From Takakia lepidozioides (Eukaryota; Plantae; Bryophyta), in assembly GCA_030704615.1 (NCBI GenBank), contig CM060731.1, positions 78,306,001 through 78,370,000 of the forward strand: a stretch of DNA of 64,000 nt. The letters run 5' to 3'. Under the pieces are notes generated by a model. It ran no database searches and was not told the DNA's origin. It saw only the letters and a list, made by a program, of their open reading frames with translations. Positions 37,455 through 50,154 of the stretch are shown here, piece by piece (positions within the stretch are counted from its first letter, which is position 1; every line of letters starts with the position of its first letter). A program made the translations under genes and the position numbers.

Positions 37455-38959
37455 TTAACTCTCTGTCTGCTCCCTCAAACGCCGTATTGTACTGCGCACT
37501 GTGACCGCACTTGCAGTGCTGCACACACATAGACACAGTAGTCCTAATCATCAGGTCAACGAAGGGCAGCGTGAAATTTCAGATCCACACAGGTTGTAGG
37601 ATGACAGTAGGAACACATGAAAAGAAATTGCATATGATTCACAATCAGGCTGTCCAGAAATATCCATAGCAGGAAATAAACATGATACACATAATTGATT
37701 TTTGAGTTTACAAAAAGTACAATATTATACATTTTACATTATGTGTCATACACCAACACGCAAACTCTGCCAAAATAGGCAGTACAAGAAAAGCAAGTTA
37801 AAATATGCTACTTACTTTAGAGTGTACGCCCCACCCGCCTTCACCTTGCCACAGTCTTTGCAATTCCAGATGCCAACTGCCTTTCTCTTCACAGCAAACT
37901 GCAGACCTCCACAAGGACAACACACCCATCGGCCATGCCCAGTTGGACATGTATTAAAACCCTTGTCCTCATCAGTCACCAGGTTAACTTACTGCCCCAA
38001 GCACTGAATCGCAAAAGACTCCTGAATTCACATATAATTAAGCGAACTTCTTGAGTTGAGGGGCACAGTCAGGCGGGTCACATTGCATGGAATTGCAGAA
38101 ACCAGACTACGGCTAGAATCCTCTTACATAGGTTTACAATCTCGATGCACAACAATGGACCTAGCTGACTTTATACCTGCTATGATTCTGCATGAGCCTT
38201 AGCCATAGAGTGAGTCAAGACTCAACACAAGGGGTTGGAGACATAGCATAAGCGAGAGTAGAGACATGGCTAGAAGGGGCAATTAAGAGGTGGAAAGATA
38301 GAATACCTTGCCACAAAACTCACAGAAGTACTTCGAGTGTTGGCTAACTTCCATCTTTTTAATCTGCTTCCTCAAACTGGCACCATACCTAGTGCCTGCT
38401 CCCAAAGAAAAACATCCCAACAGGCCAGCCTGGTTCTAAATTTGTTGTGACGAACTGCCAATGAAGCATCCATATATCCCACAGACAAGTGAGGATATAG
38501 GTAAACATACCATGACTAGCCTTCAGCCAGTAATCTTGCAGAACAGAAATAATTTCCGTGAAGCCTCTTTATCTGGGTAAAAAGAGGAGTGAAAGAGACA
38601 GTACCATATTTGCCAACGATTCCAGCCTTCTTCGTTCGCTTTGTCTGCCAAACACAAATGCAGAAAGTCAAACCTCGTACCAGCATAGACGAATCCCGGC
38701 ACCAGGAATTCCAAGTAAAACAAGTTAAAGAGAATTTGGATCTCACCTCGACTACACACGAAACTAAAGGGTCAAATTATCAGGAGTCTAAGACTGTAAG
38801 GAATCAGATGAATTAGAGCTATCCGTGCATCGGCATGCCGTTTCATTGTAAAGCCAGGAGAAAACAATGTGACATGCCAAGGGTTAACACCAGCACCATA
38901 ACGATCATTCCTTTGCAAAAGAGGAGAGTCAACAACAGGCCATATCCAAGGCTTACCAT
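37455..38959 (-). CDS. RPL37A: 60S ribosomal protein L37a (eL43), five exons
   Basis: Exons 38959-38957 (ATG), 38644-38605, 38395-38307, 37898-37816 and 37518-37455 give [92 protein letters not shown]. All introns are GT-AG. Confidence 0.98.
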
Positions 38960-39015
38960 GGCTGCAGGCAGACGCAGGAAGCTCGCTTGGAGAGGTGCAG
39001 CTCCAGAGACAGAGT

Positions 39016-39202
39016 TAGGGTTTCCAAGTTTGTCGGTAACTAATCAGGATTAGGGTTACAAGGTACAAGTTACAACAAGGCTTATGCTTTCTTTTCTTTT
39101 TTTTCTTTTTTTTCCATGATATGTAATATAATTTCATATTCCTATATAAAAACAATTACGTGAGAAGATCCCCCACGACAATTCTCAGTGGGCTCATGGG
39201 CC
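39016..39202 (-). promoter_or_regulatory. Telo-box and site II elements upstream of RPL37A
   Basis: AAACCCTA on the minus strand at 39016-39023 and a variant at 39051. TGGGCT at 39189 and TGGGCC at 39197. This combination is typical of plant ribosomal protein promoters. Confidence 0.7.
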
Positions 39203-40772
39203 AAACTCCAAACATATGAATCCTTTGAACAATTTACACCATTTGCAGACCCAATGCAATCCACACCAAAGACTACTGTCTGGATTGCATCATAGATGCA
39301 GCTTGATCAAACTGGATCATATGCGCAATGACATCTTCAAATTGCACTTTATTTGTCAACAACAGATCTCCATAGACTGATCATTTTGACTTGCAAAAAC
39401 TTGAATTATATCAATTGACTCAGACCCTCCACACAGAGAAGATTGGAGCAAGCCTATGTTTGCGTAAATGTTTCTGTAGGAGTGCTGATCTACACGAGGA
39501 TGATGCAAAGTGTCTATCACCATCTGGTATACACTCCCTAGCATGGTAGTACAGAGCAATATTGCCATTATTTTGCATTTGCAGGAAGAGCCCACAAATG
39601 AACTACTCAGTCTTGCATTCAATCTCCATTATGTTAGGGCACTTCCTGTTGATAACTTTCAGAGCTAGCAAAATTCACCCTGTTATGGCCGGACATATAT
39701 CCATGGTGCCGATAAGGTGACTAAGATGGTATCACTACTCTGTCTTTATTTCAACCATAGCACTTCTACATGTTCTATCCAGTTCTCAACAATAGCACCA
39801 GTTCTATCCAACCAGTTCTCAGTTTTATAGCATGAAGTCACATACAGTTGATCTCATTCCAAAAGCTCAAAGGAAGGAGCTGTCCACTTAATTATATTCG
39901 ACAGGGAAAATCAACGCCAGTGTAAGACACTCCTCTACTCACTATCACAGGGATCCGGGTCAGTTCAAGCCCAGTATAAACTGACTAGAACTCTAATCAC
40001 AGCTTGTACACTCTAGGTAGAGCAGGCATCACGTTCTGATTTTAGTCAGCAAGAAAACCCACCGCTCATCTCAACTACCTTATCTATTCATGATAGCATA
40101 GTACCGGATTACTTCTCCGGTCCACCCAACCGCCACACCATGCTATGTATTTTCTCATCTCCTTTATGCACATATCACATATCTTGTTCAGATCTTAGGC
40201 CCTCTCTTCAAATCATCTGTCGTTCTCCTCAATTCAGGCCTGCTCCATATGCCCGCGCTACAACCATTCTTTTATTGTCGTACACTGCCGCACCTTCTTC
40301 AGAAATCATATGTGTCATTGGTGAATTCCACTGAAATTTGGATATAAGGTGGCCATTTTGGTCCACATCATAGGTATGGATTTGAAGTGGCAAAATCATT
40401 TGTCATTTGACTCATATGAACTAATATATGTCAAAAAAATAGACGTTTTTTCAAAAGTCCATAGCTCATCTTGTTTTTTGGATTTTGGGTGTCATTTTTT
40501 TCTAGAGGTATAAAAACATATAATCTTCAATGGCTAGGTGGCATATTTGATTTTTTTTTGTAAACTCTAATTTTTAGTTTTTCAGAATTTCTCTAAATAA
40601 AAGACTAAAATATTTAATAAATTATATCTTTAATATTTGGGATAGGACTCTTTACTAAATATGTTCAATATACCATTATCTATCACTAAAAATATATTTT
40701 GGATGGTATCTTCAACTTTTGTTTCTTTGGTCATGGACTTTCATGGAGCAGGATCTGCCGTTTTTGGTCCAC

Positions 40773-41456
40773 TCAACCGACTTGTGAATCAAAACGAATC
40801 ATTACATGATAGGGATTAGCAGGGAGACCAGAATCTTTGTTGATGATTGTACCTGTGGGTAGTTGCGTGAGATGAAGGAGATGGCCTTCGATACCACCTG
40901 GCCGAGTGGATGGGTAGAGTCTCCGAGGGACTCTTGGGAATGTTTTCTTGCAATATATGAGTTCCTCGCACTCTGATTTGGGGATGCCCAGAAGAAGCAG
41001 CTGCTCCATGGTACGCGCCTCGGTGACCCATGGGACATTGTTCTCGTAAGCGTACGTTTCCATATTCTGGTACCCGTACCAGAGGTGTAGGGTCTTTTTG
41101 TGGTTGTTGACTTCCATATGCTGCTGCTCATGGGTTTCATTGTGTTGATTCCTGGACTTTTTTGAGTCCGAGGGAGTTGGGCTGTCTGCGCTGCTGGCCT
41201 CCCTTGCTGACCGTTTGGGACGCTGGCCTGGGGAGGTGGAGATCGCCGTAGGCCTGCTGTTGGGAGGAGCTGCCAGTATTTCGACCGAAGCGTCGGCCAT
41301 TTGCTGATCAAGGATTTGTTGTTGACTTGTTGAATTGGTGCTGGGTGGTGTGAGAGGAGTCGGAGAATTGCTGGGAGTTGCTGTGTCCGTGATGTACCAC
41401 CTCCTCCCGTTCACTGCAGCTAGATAGAGAGCCCCGCACGCACCAAAGTCACACAC
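40773..41456 (-). other. 227-aa ORF fragment of unknown origin, possibly a LINE ORF1 N-terminus
   Basis: Open frame with a low-complexity S/P/T N-terminus and a globular-looking remainder. Cut off at the edge of an AT-rich TIR-like repeat. No motif recognised. Confidence 0.25.
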
Positions 41457-41470
41457 AAAGTTGGAAGTTC

Positions 41471-41542
41471 AAAGTTGGAATTGTACCAAATGTCAACCTG
41501 AACACTGCCCTGGCAGCTCTAGAAAAGGGGAAAGAAGTGCAT
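41471..41542 (+). pseudogene. Isolated PPR fragment
   Basis: KVGIVPNVNLNTALAALEKGKEVH, near-identical to the motif at about 15975-16045 (minus strand). Confidence 0.8.
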
Positions 41543-41846
41543 CACTACAGGAAAAGGGGGGGATTTTCGACGCCGCGGCTTCGTTAAATAGGCCTTTTCG
41601 GACGGGAAAAAAAACCAAATTTGTGACGTCCGGGCGTCGCAAGCCCGTTGCAAGAGCGTCGCCAAAAAATGTCGCAAATTTGCGACCAATGGAGGTCGCA
41701 AGTATGCGAAACCGCGATTTCCGGACGTCGCAAAAACAAAAAAAAACAAAAAAAAAACAAAACCTACTCTGCAATGCAGAATTAGCACCGTCCGGGGGTC
41801 ACAAAATGCGACGCCCGGATGTCACAATTTAAGGGGGTACATTTGA
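41543..41846 (+). mobile_element. Orphan left terminus of a CACTA element
   Basis: Starts CACTACAGGAAAA and aligns with 44238-44560. Contains gcgacg/cgtcgc subterminal repeats. Confidence 0.85.
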
Positions 41847-44014
41847 CTTTGTGTGCACTCAAGCCACTACAGCCTGGTATGCCGGAATTTCTTGCTTTCG
41901 CGCCAACCACAACCTCGGTACTGCTTCCGCAGAAAGCTGGCCTATCCAATAAAACTCCTGACTTCTGTCTTATCACTTGGCTTAGGCCACTTAGCCACTA
42001 TTTGGACTTTCTTGGGATCAATTGAAATTCTATCTTTGGAGATGCAAAATCCCAAGTAATCCACGTTGTCAACAAAGAACTCACACTTGTTTCTTTTAGC
42101 AAACAGATGGTTCTCTCTCAGTATGTCTAAGACCACACGTAAATGCAGTTCGTGCTCTTCTTCGGTCTTCGAGTATATCAGTATGTCATCTATGTAGACC
42201 AAGATCATATTTCTTAAATACTTTTGAAACACGGAATTCATTAGATGCGTGAATGTTGCTGGAGCATTCGTGAGCCCAAATGGCATCATCAAGAATTCGT
42301 AATGACCAAAACGGAATCGAAATCCGGTCTTCGGGTATGTCAGAATCCTTGATTTGTATCTGGTGATATCCAGATCAGAGATCAAGCTTTGAAAAAACTT
42401 GATTCCCATACAGATGGTCAAACAGGTCGTCTACACGAGGCAGATGAAACTTATTCTTGATGGTGAACTTGTTCAACCACCTATAATCAACACACAACCT
42501 CAGACTCCCATCCTTCTTTTTCTTGAACATCACTGGAGCGCCCCAGGGTGATTTATTTGGGCGAATGTACCATGTCTCAAGCAAATCATTCAATTGTCTT
42601 TCTAATTCCTCATTCTCTACGATTGAATGTCTGTATGGCGCCTTTGCAATCGGTACATCATCCGTTCACTAATTCAATAGCATGATCAACCTCTCGCTCG
42701 GGGGGCATTCCAGGAAGTTCATCAGGAAACACATCAACATATTCATGCAGCAGTACGTCAAGTCTAGGATGTGAATTTTTCACACACTCTATTCTTGATG
42801 GTTCATGCACGCTAACGGCAAAAAGTTGCGCGTCCCCTTTACGAATGTACCTCTTTATCTGCAAGGCTGACAAGACTGGGACATTAGGAAGGGCCCTGGT
42901 ACCTTTAAGATTGAATGCCTCCCACTGACCGTTCCGAGCTTGCAGGCTACCACCGCATCCACTGGATCCAACCAATGCATACCGAGGATGCAATCGTACC
43001 GAGCTCCATCCCAAACCTCAAAATCTGATGTCGTGTGTACACCTTGCAAGATCATTGGCACGTCTAATAGATGTCTGTGCGTAAACTCCACACCGCCGTT
43101 GGGTAGCAGAATATAGGAAGGCTGTACATCATAAAATTCTGGCAATTTCACCAATCTTCTGATTTCCCTAGTGATGTCCTTGCTTCGTTTCATCTTGGCC
43201 TCATGGGAAGTGCTACTGGTCTTCGTCACACACCAGGGGTGTCCGTCATGCTTTCGATCCATGCAGTCTGTTAACATCCCTGAGGCTTTGTTTGACGAAG
43301 TAACAGGTGAAAACTCGAAGATGACATTGCCATCGACTTCGGGAGGCAGATACGTTACCTTCCTGACTGGAAATTTGGCATAGTCGAGAGCAGCCAGCTC
43401 GGAGCGAGAACCGTCAAGGTGATGTTGTCGTAGGAGCTGCACAATGGACCGGGTGGAGTTATGCTCGAGGGTAATGCGTGGCACCTGCAGAGACGTCCAT
43501 GTCGGATTTGAAAACCGTGTGGAGGACATGGGGACCTCAATGCACTCATCTTCCTCGTCGGAAATGTCGAATACCTCCACACGAGAAGCTATGGAGGGTC
43601 TTGACGGTCTAGGTCGGGAATGATTATCGTTGCATACCTCTCTGTTGGCAGTGGCCGCCTGTCGGTTTCCCTCATATTCATCCTCATTCCGTGGCTCACT
43701 CACAGCCAACTCCCGAGATTGTTTTTCAGTTTGAGTTTGTGGAGGGGCCAATTTTTGCATCTCAAATCGAATTAAAATGCCTAGAGCCTCCATCTGTTGC
43801 TGGGAAAATAATTGACTCCCACGCTCACGATCTGAAGTTCGGTGTAGGCTGGCTGCATCGGAGCGCTCACGCTCTCCTGCCATTTCACTATCTTGTTCGT
43901 CGTCACAAGGGTGTGTGCTCACAGAGCCGAACGAGATCTGGCTCATTCACCCGATTTCCTTACTTCTGGAAATTTTGAAATTCCACGATCTGCTCTCCCC
44001 GATCGCTGAACCGC

Positions 44015-44026
44015 ACTCTGATACCA
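44015..44026 (-). other. tRNA-iMet primer binding site
   Basis: TGGTATCAGAGT on the minus strand, 2 nt from the LTR end. Confidence 0.85.
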
Positions 44027-44237
44027 CTTATCACTGCTCTGTCTTTATTTCGACCGTAGCACTTCTATATGTTCTATCCAGTTCTCAACAATAGCACCAG
44101 TTCTATCCAACCAATTTCAGTTACATAAAGTCACATACAATTGATCTCATTTCAAAAGCTCAAAGGAAGGAGCTGTCCACTTGATTATATTCGATAGGGA
44201 AAATCAATGCCAGTGTAAGACACTCCTCTGCTCACTA

Positions 44238-45469
44238 CACTATAGGAAAAGGGAGGGGGTTTCGACGCCGCGGCGTCGTAAAATAGCCCTTTTCGGGCGG
44301 GGAAAAAAACCAAATTTACGACGCCCAGGCGTCGCAAGCATGTCGCAAGGGCGTCGCAAATTTGCGACCAATGGGGGTCGCAAATATGCGAAACCGCGAT
44401 TTGCGATGCCGACGAGATTTACGACGCCCGGGCGTCGATAAAAATAATTTTTTTAAAAATAAAATAAAATAAAAACCTACTCTGCAATGCAGAATTAGCA
44501 CCGTCCGGGGGTCGCAAAATGCGATGCCCAGACGTCACAATTTAAGGGGGTACATTTGAATTTAAGCGGAAAAATTTGAATTTGAAATTTGAATTTCAAA
44601 AACTTGTTGACCATTGACTCCGGTTCTGTCTAATGGCGATATGTTCATTGTTCTACATATATCATGCAACGCATACTTGAACCTAAGACCTCCACGTTAC
44701 AACATTTCTAAGACACTACAAACTAACCAACATACCTACGCTACATCTTTGTATCACAAAAGCAATCTAAATATATATAAATATATATATACATATAAAG
44801 ATTTCCTTCAATTTCTTCAAGTTCCTTCTAAGGAGGTCTCTCTTGTGACACCGGGGAGTTGCAACCTCCACAGCCTTAGTGCCCAGCCCCAACATCGTCG
44901 CCGTTGTTGTACCCCCCCACCGCCAGGTGCCCCAAGCGACGTCCTTGTGTGGACCTAAGCTGACCACAACACCATTGCGACCCCCTGTGGCGACGCCGTT
45001 GCGACCCCCTGACGTTTGCAACGTTGGGCGTCCCAGCGCGGGGCGCCCCTAGCGACACTTTTGTGAAGTTGAGGGCCGCAAAGCCAAAAAAAAAAAAAGA
45101 AAAAAAAAAAAAACTCTCACTGTGGTGATGCTGTTGCGACACCCTGGCGTCGCAAAGGCACTGGGGCGGCCTCTTAGTGACGCTTTTGCGACGTCTCGGC
45201 GTCGCAACGTCCAAAAAAATAAAAAAAATAAAAATAAAAATTCTTGGATTTCCGACGCCAGGGCGTCGCAAGAAAAAAAATCCATCGCAGCGAGGGCCCT
45301 CTTTCCCCCTTCATGCCACCTTACGACGGCTGGGCGTCATAATGGTGTCGCAGCGGGGGATTGCAACGCCGAGGCGTCGCAAAAAACGTCGCGGGCTCGG
45401 CGCCTCGCGGGGCGTGGGGGCGCGGCTGGCGTCCCAAACCCCCCCCCCCCCCCCCAATTTGTTGTAGTG
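44238..45469. mobile_element. Non-autonomous CACTA element inserted in a gypsy LTR
   Basis: CACTA...TAGTG termini, 3-bp TSD cta/tta, dense subterminal repeats. The other LTR shows the empty site ctcactatcacagggatcc near 39940. Confidence 0.92.
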
Positions 45470-45545
45470 TTATCATAGGGATCCGGGTTAGTTCAAGCCC
45501 AGTATAAACCTAACTAGAACTCTAATCACAGCTTGTACACTCTGG

Positions 45546-46670
45546 ACATGACTTCTGCGTGAGCGTAAGCGTGAGAGCGTACGCTCACGCGATGGTGACG
45601 TGGCGTGAGCGTGAGGCTGACATGTCGTTATCCTGCTGACGTGGCAGTCGTCTGAATGACGTGGCATTTGGACAACTTGTCAGATGTCATGTCATCAAAA
45701 ACATATAGCACCTATAGCCGAGGGGTCTATAGCCGTGGCATTCATTCATCCAAAACACCAAAAATTAAAATGCAGGAACGAGTTGTGAAAGCATTTGCAT
45801 CCATTCCATTTATTTTCGAACGACTACACACAAGAAATAAATGGCACACATTGCACAATATAATTGGAGGCTGCACTGGCACCAAATATACGAAGGGACA
45901 TCAAGTTCAAGTTTCAATTCTTATGAAATCCAGTAATGGAAATTGCAGATGACCAAAGTGAAGAGGATGATATGTGCTCCTATCCCGCTGCATAAGTGTA
46001 TTTACCTCGTTGAAACTCATGGTGGCCTGGTGAATGAAGATGTCACGTCTGGGATCACAAACCATTTTGTTCAAGAAGATAAAATACAGATTCTTGCAGG
46101 GTATAAATTTTCCTGTCTTTCCCAAACTTGTTGTAAGCATGCCAACAAAATCAGGACAGGTGCAGTTGGGGAAATTTGAAACTGTGATGTCGTACAATCG
46201 GTCATGCATAGCGGATGTGGAGGTCATCATAGTGTAGATTCGTCCATACCCGAGATGTGAAACTTCCGTAGCGCCTGTAACACGACCTTGAAGCATTCGA
46301 GCGGATTCCACCTGTGTTCGGCAGTCGGAAGGAAACGACGAACCAACTTCACATTTTGTTTTGTTGGCCATGCATCAGCGTTGAGTGGTGGCACTCGAGA
46401 ACTTGCTGAAGTAGAAGCACCTGCATGTATAGAGGGGGCTTGCTGAAGGGAGAAGCCTGCCTCCTCCAACATGGCAATCTCCTGAGTTGTGAGATGTGTC
46501 CCCACCTTCACAGGCCAAATGCTTGGTGGAGGAGGCTTCATGACCACCGATGGTCGCACAGTCCCACGCACGCACCTACCACAGTCGTCAAGGCATAACC
46601 AGAATCAGTGCTTCTTTGCCTTTGCTTGCCCATAAGGCTGGAACAAACCAGTGAAGGTCGGAGCTGGAGG
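45546..46670 (-). mobile_element. MULE transposase 3' fragment with SWIM finger and subterminal region
   Basis: YDITVSNFPNCTCPDF...CKNLYFIF; homologous to 16811-17450. cgtgagc/gacgtggc motifs at 45555-45670. Confidence 0.85.
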
Positions 46671-46674
46671 ATTG

Positions 46675-48135
46675 AGAGTATTGTATACGGTCATATTTTT
46701 CCTCTCAGACACCTCATTCTATTGTGGTGTCCCTGCTACAGTAAACTGCCTCTGTATGCCATTCTCTTGACAGAATAAATTAAACTCATTAGAGATGTAT
46801 TCACCACTAAGTCACCACCCCCATCAGCCCTTAGAACCTTGATCTTCTTACTTAGCTGATTTTCAAGGTCCAGTAACTTATACTGTTTAAACCTATAAAA
46901 GGCCTCTGACTTTTGTTTAAACAAATAAACCATAGTAAACCTTGAAATATTGTGTATAAAGGTGATGAAATTATATTTAAACCCGTTGTGTGTGAGCATT
47001 TGCATCGGTCCACGAATGTCAGTACTATGTACGAGGCCTAACAGTTCAGTATCTCTTGTGCCTCCCTCTACTGGGAATTTCTCTCGGTGTTGTTTTCCTG
47101 AGATACAATCTCTACATAATGTTAGTTTCCTAACATCTACGGAATTCAGCCTTTAACCATAGAGTTAGTTTGCATTTGTTGCATTCTAGCTTGGTTTATA
47201 TGACCTAATCTACAGTGTCATAGGTCTGCCTTGTTAGTCTCTAAGACAGTTGGCATTGCTAGTCTCTAAGACAGTTGGCATTGCCATGACTTGTGAGTTC
47301 TGTAATGCAGTTCCTAGCTTATAGAGTCCGTTTTCTATCTCACATTTTGCTATGAGATTTCCCTTAGAATTCTTAAGGTTGCAGCAACCTTCTTTTATGT
47401 TCATCTCTCCCCCAACTAGGTCTAACTTAACAGAAAATAAGTTCTTCTTGGCACATGGAGTACGTTAGGTACCTCACTTCGCTGTCCATTACACAACAAT
47501 ACAATGGCTGACCCTTTGTCTGCTACATGTGTTGAGTCATCCCCTAAATAGACAACTTGTCTCTGTCTCCACTCTTTGTATGTCGCAAAAGTGTGTATGT
47601 CATGTGTCATGTGCTACGTGGCTCTTATGTGCCGTCAAACTTAGGAATATTTGTTCACATCTATTTGAGCCATTCCAGTCTCTCAATTTCAATTATCACT
47701 TCCAAGAAAGCATAAACATCACTGAATTCAGAACATGTGTTCTTCTATAAGAAACATAATTCTTCCACACTGATGCATCGTGGAGAATTGTTAGTACTCT
47801 CCTCCAAACCCTATTGACTCCTTTTAATTTCATTGTGTGTCCTGAAATTATTACTTCGTTCTCACTAGAGATACTCTCTGTCCTGAGCCACAACCATAGC
47901 TCTGATACCATATGAAAATACCTATGCTATCCAGACTCAATGACACCCAGATTCATGTAAAACATAAAACAAGATCAAATAGATCTTACATCAAGAGAGA
48001 GTGTGTTTACAAGAGAGATGTGCACTCTCTGTGTCTCGGCTGAGTCTGGTGGTTCTACATCCACTCAATTATTGAGCTTTATACCGCTCTAGGGTGATTG
48101 CAGCCTACAGTGTCCATTTTTTAACGTAACTGCGT
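46675..48135 (-). mobile_element. Ty1/copia remnant (LTR, PBS, protease, integrase; gag mostly deleted)
   Basis: PBS TGGTATCAGAGC at 47910-47899; VYLGDDS; YLFKQKSEAF; KVLRADGGG. LTR right boundary approximate. Confidence 0.85.
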
Positions 48136-48229
48136 CATTTTTCCTGGACATAGTTATCTTGAATCAAAGAGATGTTATCATAACCAAATGAGTACTCTTA
48201 CCCTTGGAAATGAAAGTCATGATGTGTGT

Positions 48230-49900
48230 GAGTGTGAAACGGACCCGCAAGTCGCCTACTCTCTGGACTCGGGCACCCGCTCGGCCCCTGCCCCCGATCA
48301 GTTCTCTATGTTGAACAGAACCTTCACACCGTAGGTCCAAAAATCATGAGACCAAGTCGGTGCACCCCTCCTCATCGAGGGCTCTCCAATGGCACCAGGC
48401 GTCAAGGCTGTGGCCCCGCGGTTTGGGAGATCTCAACGCTACAAAATAAACAAACAAACAAACAAATTATCTAGCTTTATATATTGATACTAGGTGTAGA
48501 TGCATATATTGGTACAAATTTCTTTTCAGATCGTTTTTTATTTTAAGGCAGACAGTTTAGGCATTGTACTGCCAAAGTAGGGCAGTTTGTGAGTTATCTG
48601 GGAATCGTTGGTAAAGCACATAGGAACTTAGATCGTGTCTGAGACGACCATGGAGAAGCTCTGGCGTCAAAATGACCATAGGGAGCTGCATCGACAGTGA
48701 ATTAGGCTGCCAATTCGGTACTAGTAACAACAACATGCACATGTTCGAAACAATACATGACGACTGTTCCAGTCCCGGATTGCGATCTCTTTATTCTCCC
48801 GCCTTTCAAGTCCAGTAGGAGCACACGATGAGGAGTCTTGGCAATTGGAGGAAACAATCTGTTTAGCGATGAAATATCGCAACAAAACAAGTGCTGCATC
48901 GAAGCAAACGACGGGTGAAGGAGCTTCCCGGTGAAGTTTTGAACTCCTCAGCGATGCAAAATGTGTAGGAAGGAACTTAGAAGATCTGTGACCCAGTGGC
49001 AGGGCCAAAGACCCCCTGGGGGTACCACCAGTATTTTTACTGCCAGAAAGCGGCAGACTGCCTGTATGGCGAAACCACGGAAACCAACAAAAGGTATAGC
49101 TTTTCTTCCCTGATTCCCCTGAGAATTTACAGACAACTACGGGGCAAACAAATAAATAAACAAACAAATTATCTTGCTTCATATATTGACTAGGGTAGCT
49201 TGTGCCGTTGGCCCAATTGTAAGCCCAAGTGCACTCTCGTATGTATCTAAGTGTCTCTCCTATGTCGAGGCCCAACCTATGCGACCTCTGAGGTAGCCTC
49301 CGCCGTTGGCCCAAGTGTCAAGTGTCATCTAAACCCAACTGCAAGATCTCCTATGTATCCCAGTGCGTCTCCTATGTCAAGGCCCAAGTATGACCTCTAG
49401 GGTAGCCTGTGCCGTTGGGCCATTTGTGAAAAATTGAAATATAAGACCAAGTGCAATTTCCTATGTATCCCAGTGCATCTCCTATGTCGAGGCCAAATGC
49501 GATCTCTAGTATAGCCTATGTCGTTGGCCCATGTGTGAAGAATTGAAATCTACGACCAAGTGCGATTTCCTATATACATCCAAGTGCGTCTCCTATGTCG
49601 ATGCCCATCTAAGCCCAAATGTAGGATATGATGTTGCGTTGCCCATGTGTGAAGAATTGAGATCTAAAACAAAGTGCAATTTCTTATGTATCCTAGTGAG
49701 TCTCCTATGTCGAGGCTCATCTAAGCCCAAGTGCAATCTCCTATGTATCCAAGTACGTCTCCCATGTCAAAGCCCCATTTATTTTTTCCCATGAATTTAT
49801 TGAGTAGTAATATATCCAATCATTATTGATGTTGGCAAGGCCCAAATGCGACCTCTAGCGTAGCCTGTGCCGTTGGCCCAAGTGTCCAATGTCATCTAAG
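48230..49900 (-). mobile_element. Head-to-tail tandem of non-autonomous Helitron-like elements
   Basis: Minus-strand 5' ends TCAATATAT...(TTTG)n at 48487 and 49189. Hairpin + CTAG 3' ends at 48490 and 49190. The 3'-end motif recurs near 49285, 49395, 49505 and 49853. Confidence 0.6.
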
Positions 49901-50154
49901 TCATCTCAGTAAATCAAGATCCTGCAGACGTGTGAGAATTACTTTACTTTGTAGACTGATCATCATATGATGTTCTCCCTGCTTTGCAGCTTTCAAATTA
50001 TAACATCTTGGGAATAAACAATGTTGCCATGCAAACACCATTGTAATTTACTCTGCACTCTCAAGAAAGCAGAGTTTTTTTTGTTGAGATTTGCCCATCT
50101 GCTCTACAGCAGATGGAATGGAAGCTTACATGTAGAGTGGAATGTATTGAAATG

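Larger units (their letters stand above)
39730..45545 (-). mobile_element. Ty3/gypsy element remnant with two LTR copies, heavily interrupted
   Basis: Direct repeat of 39730-40015 at 44029-44237 plus 45470-45545. PBS lies next to the second copy. RT ([17 protein letters not shown]) and protease fragments at 41850-43160. Confidence 0.85.

Noticed and set aside
39727-39734. tggtatca as a primer binding site
   Set aside because: It overlaps the LTR boundary (tatcac... matches 44029) and does not continue as gagc, so it is a chance junction sequence.
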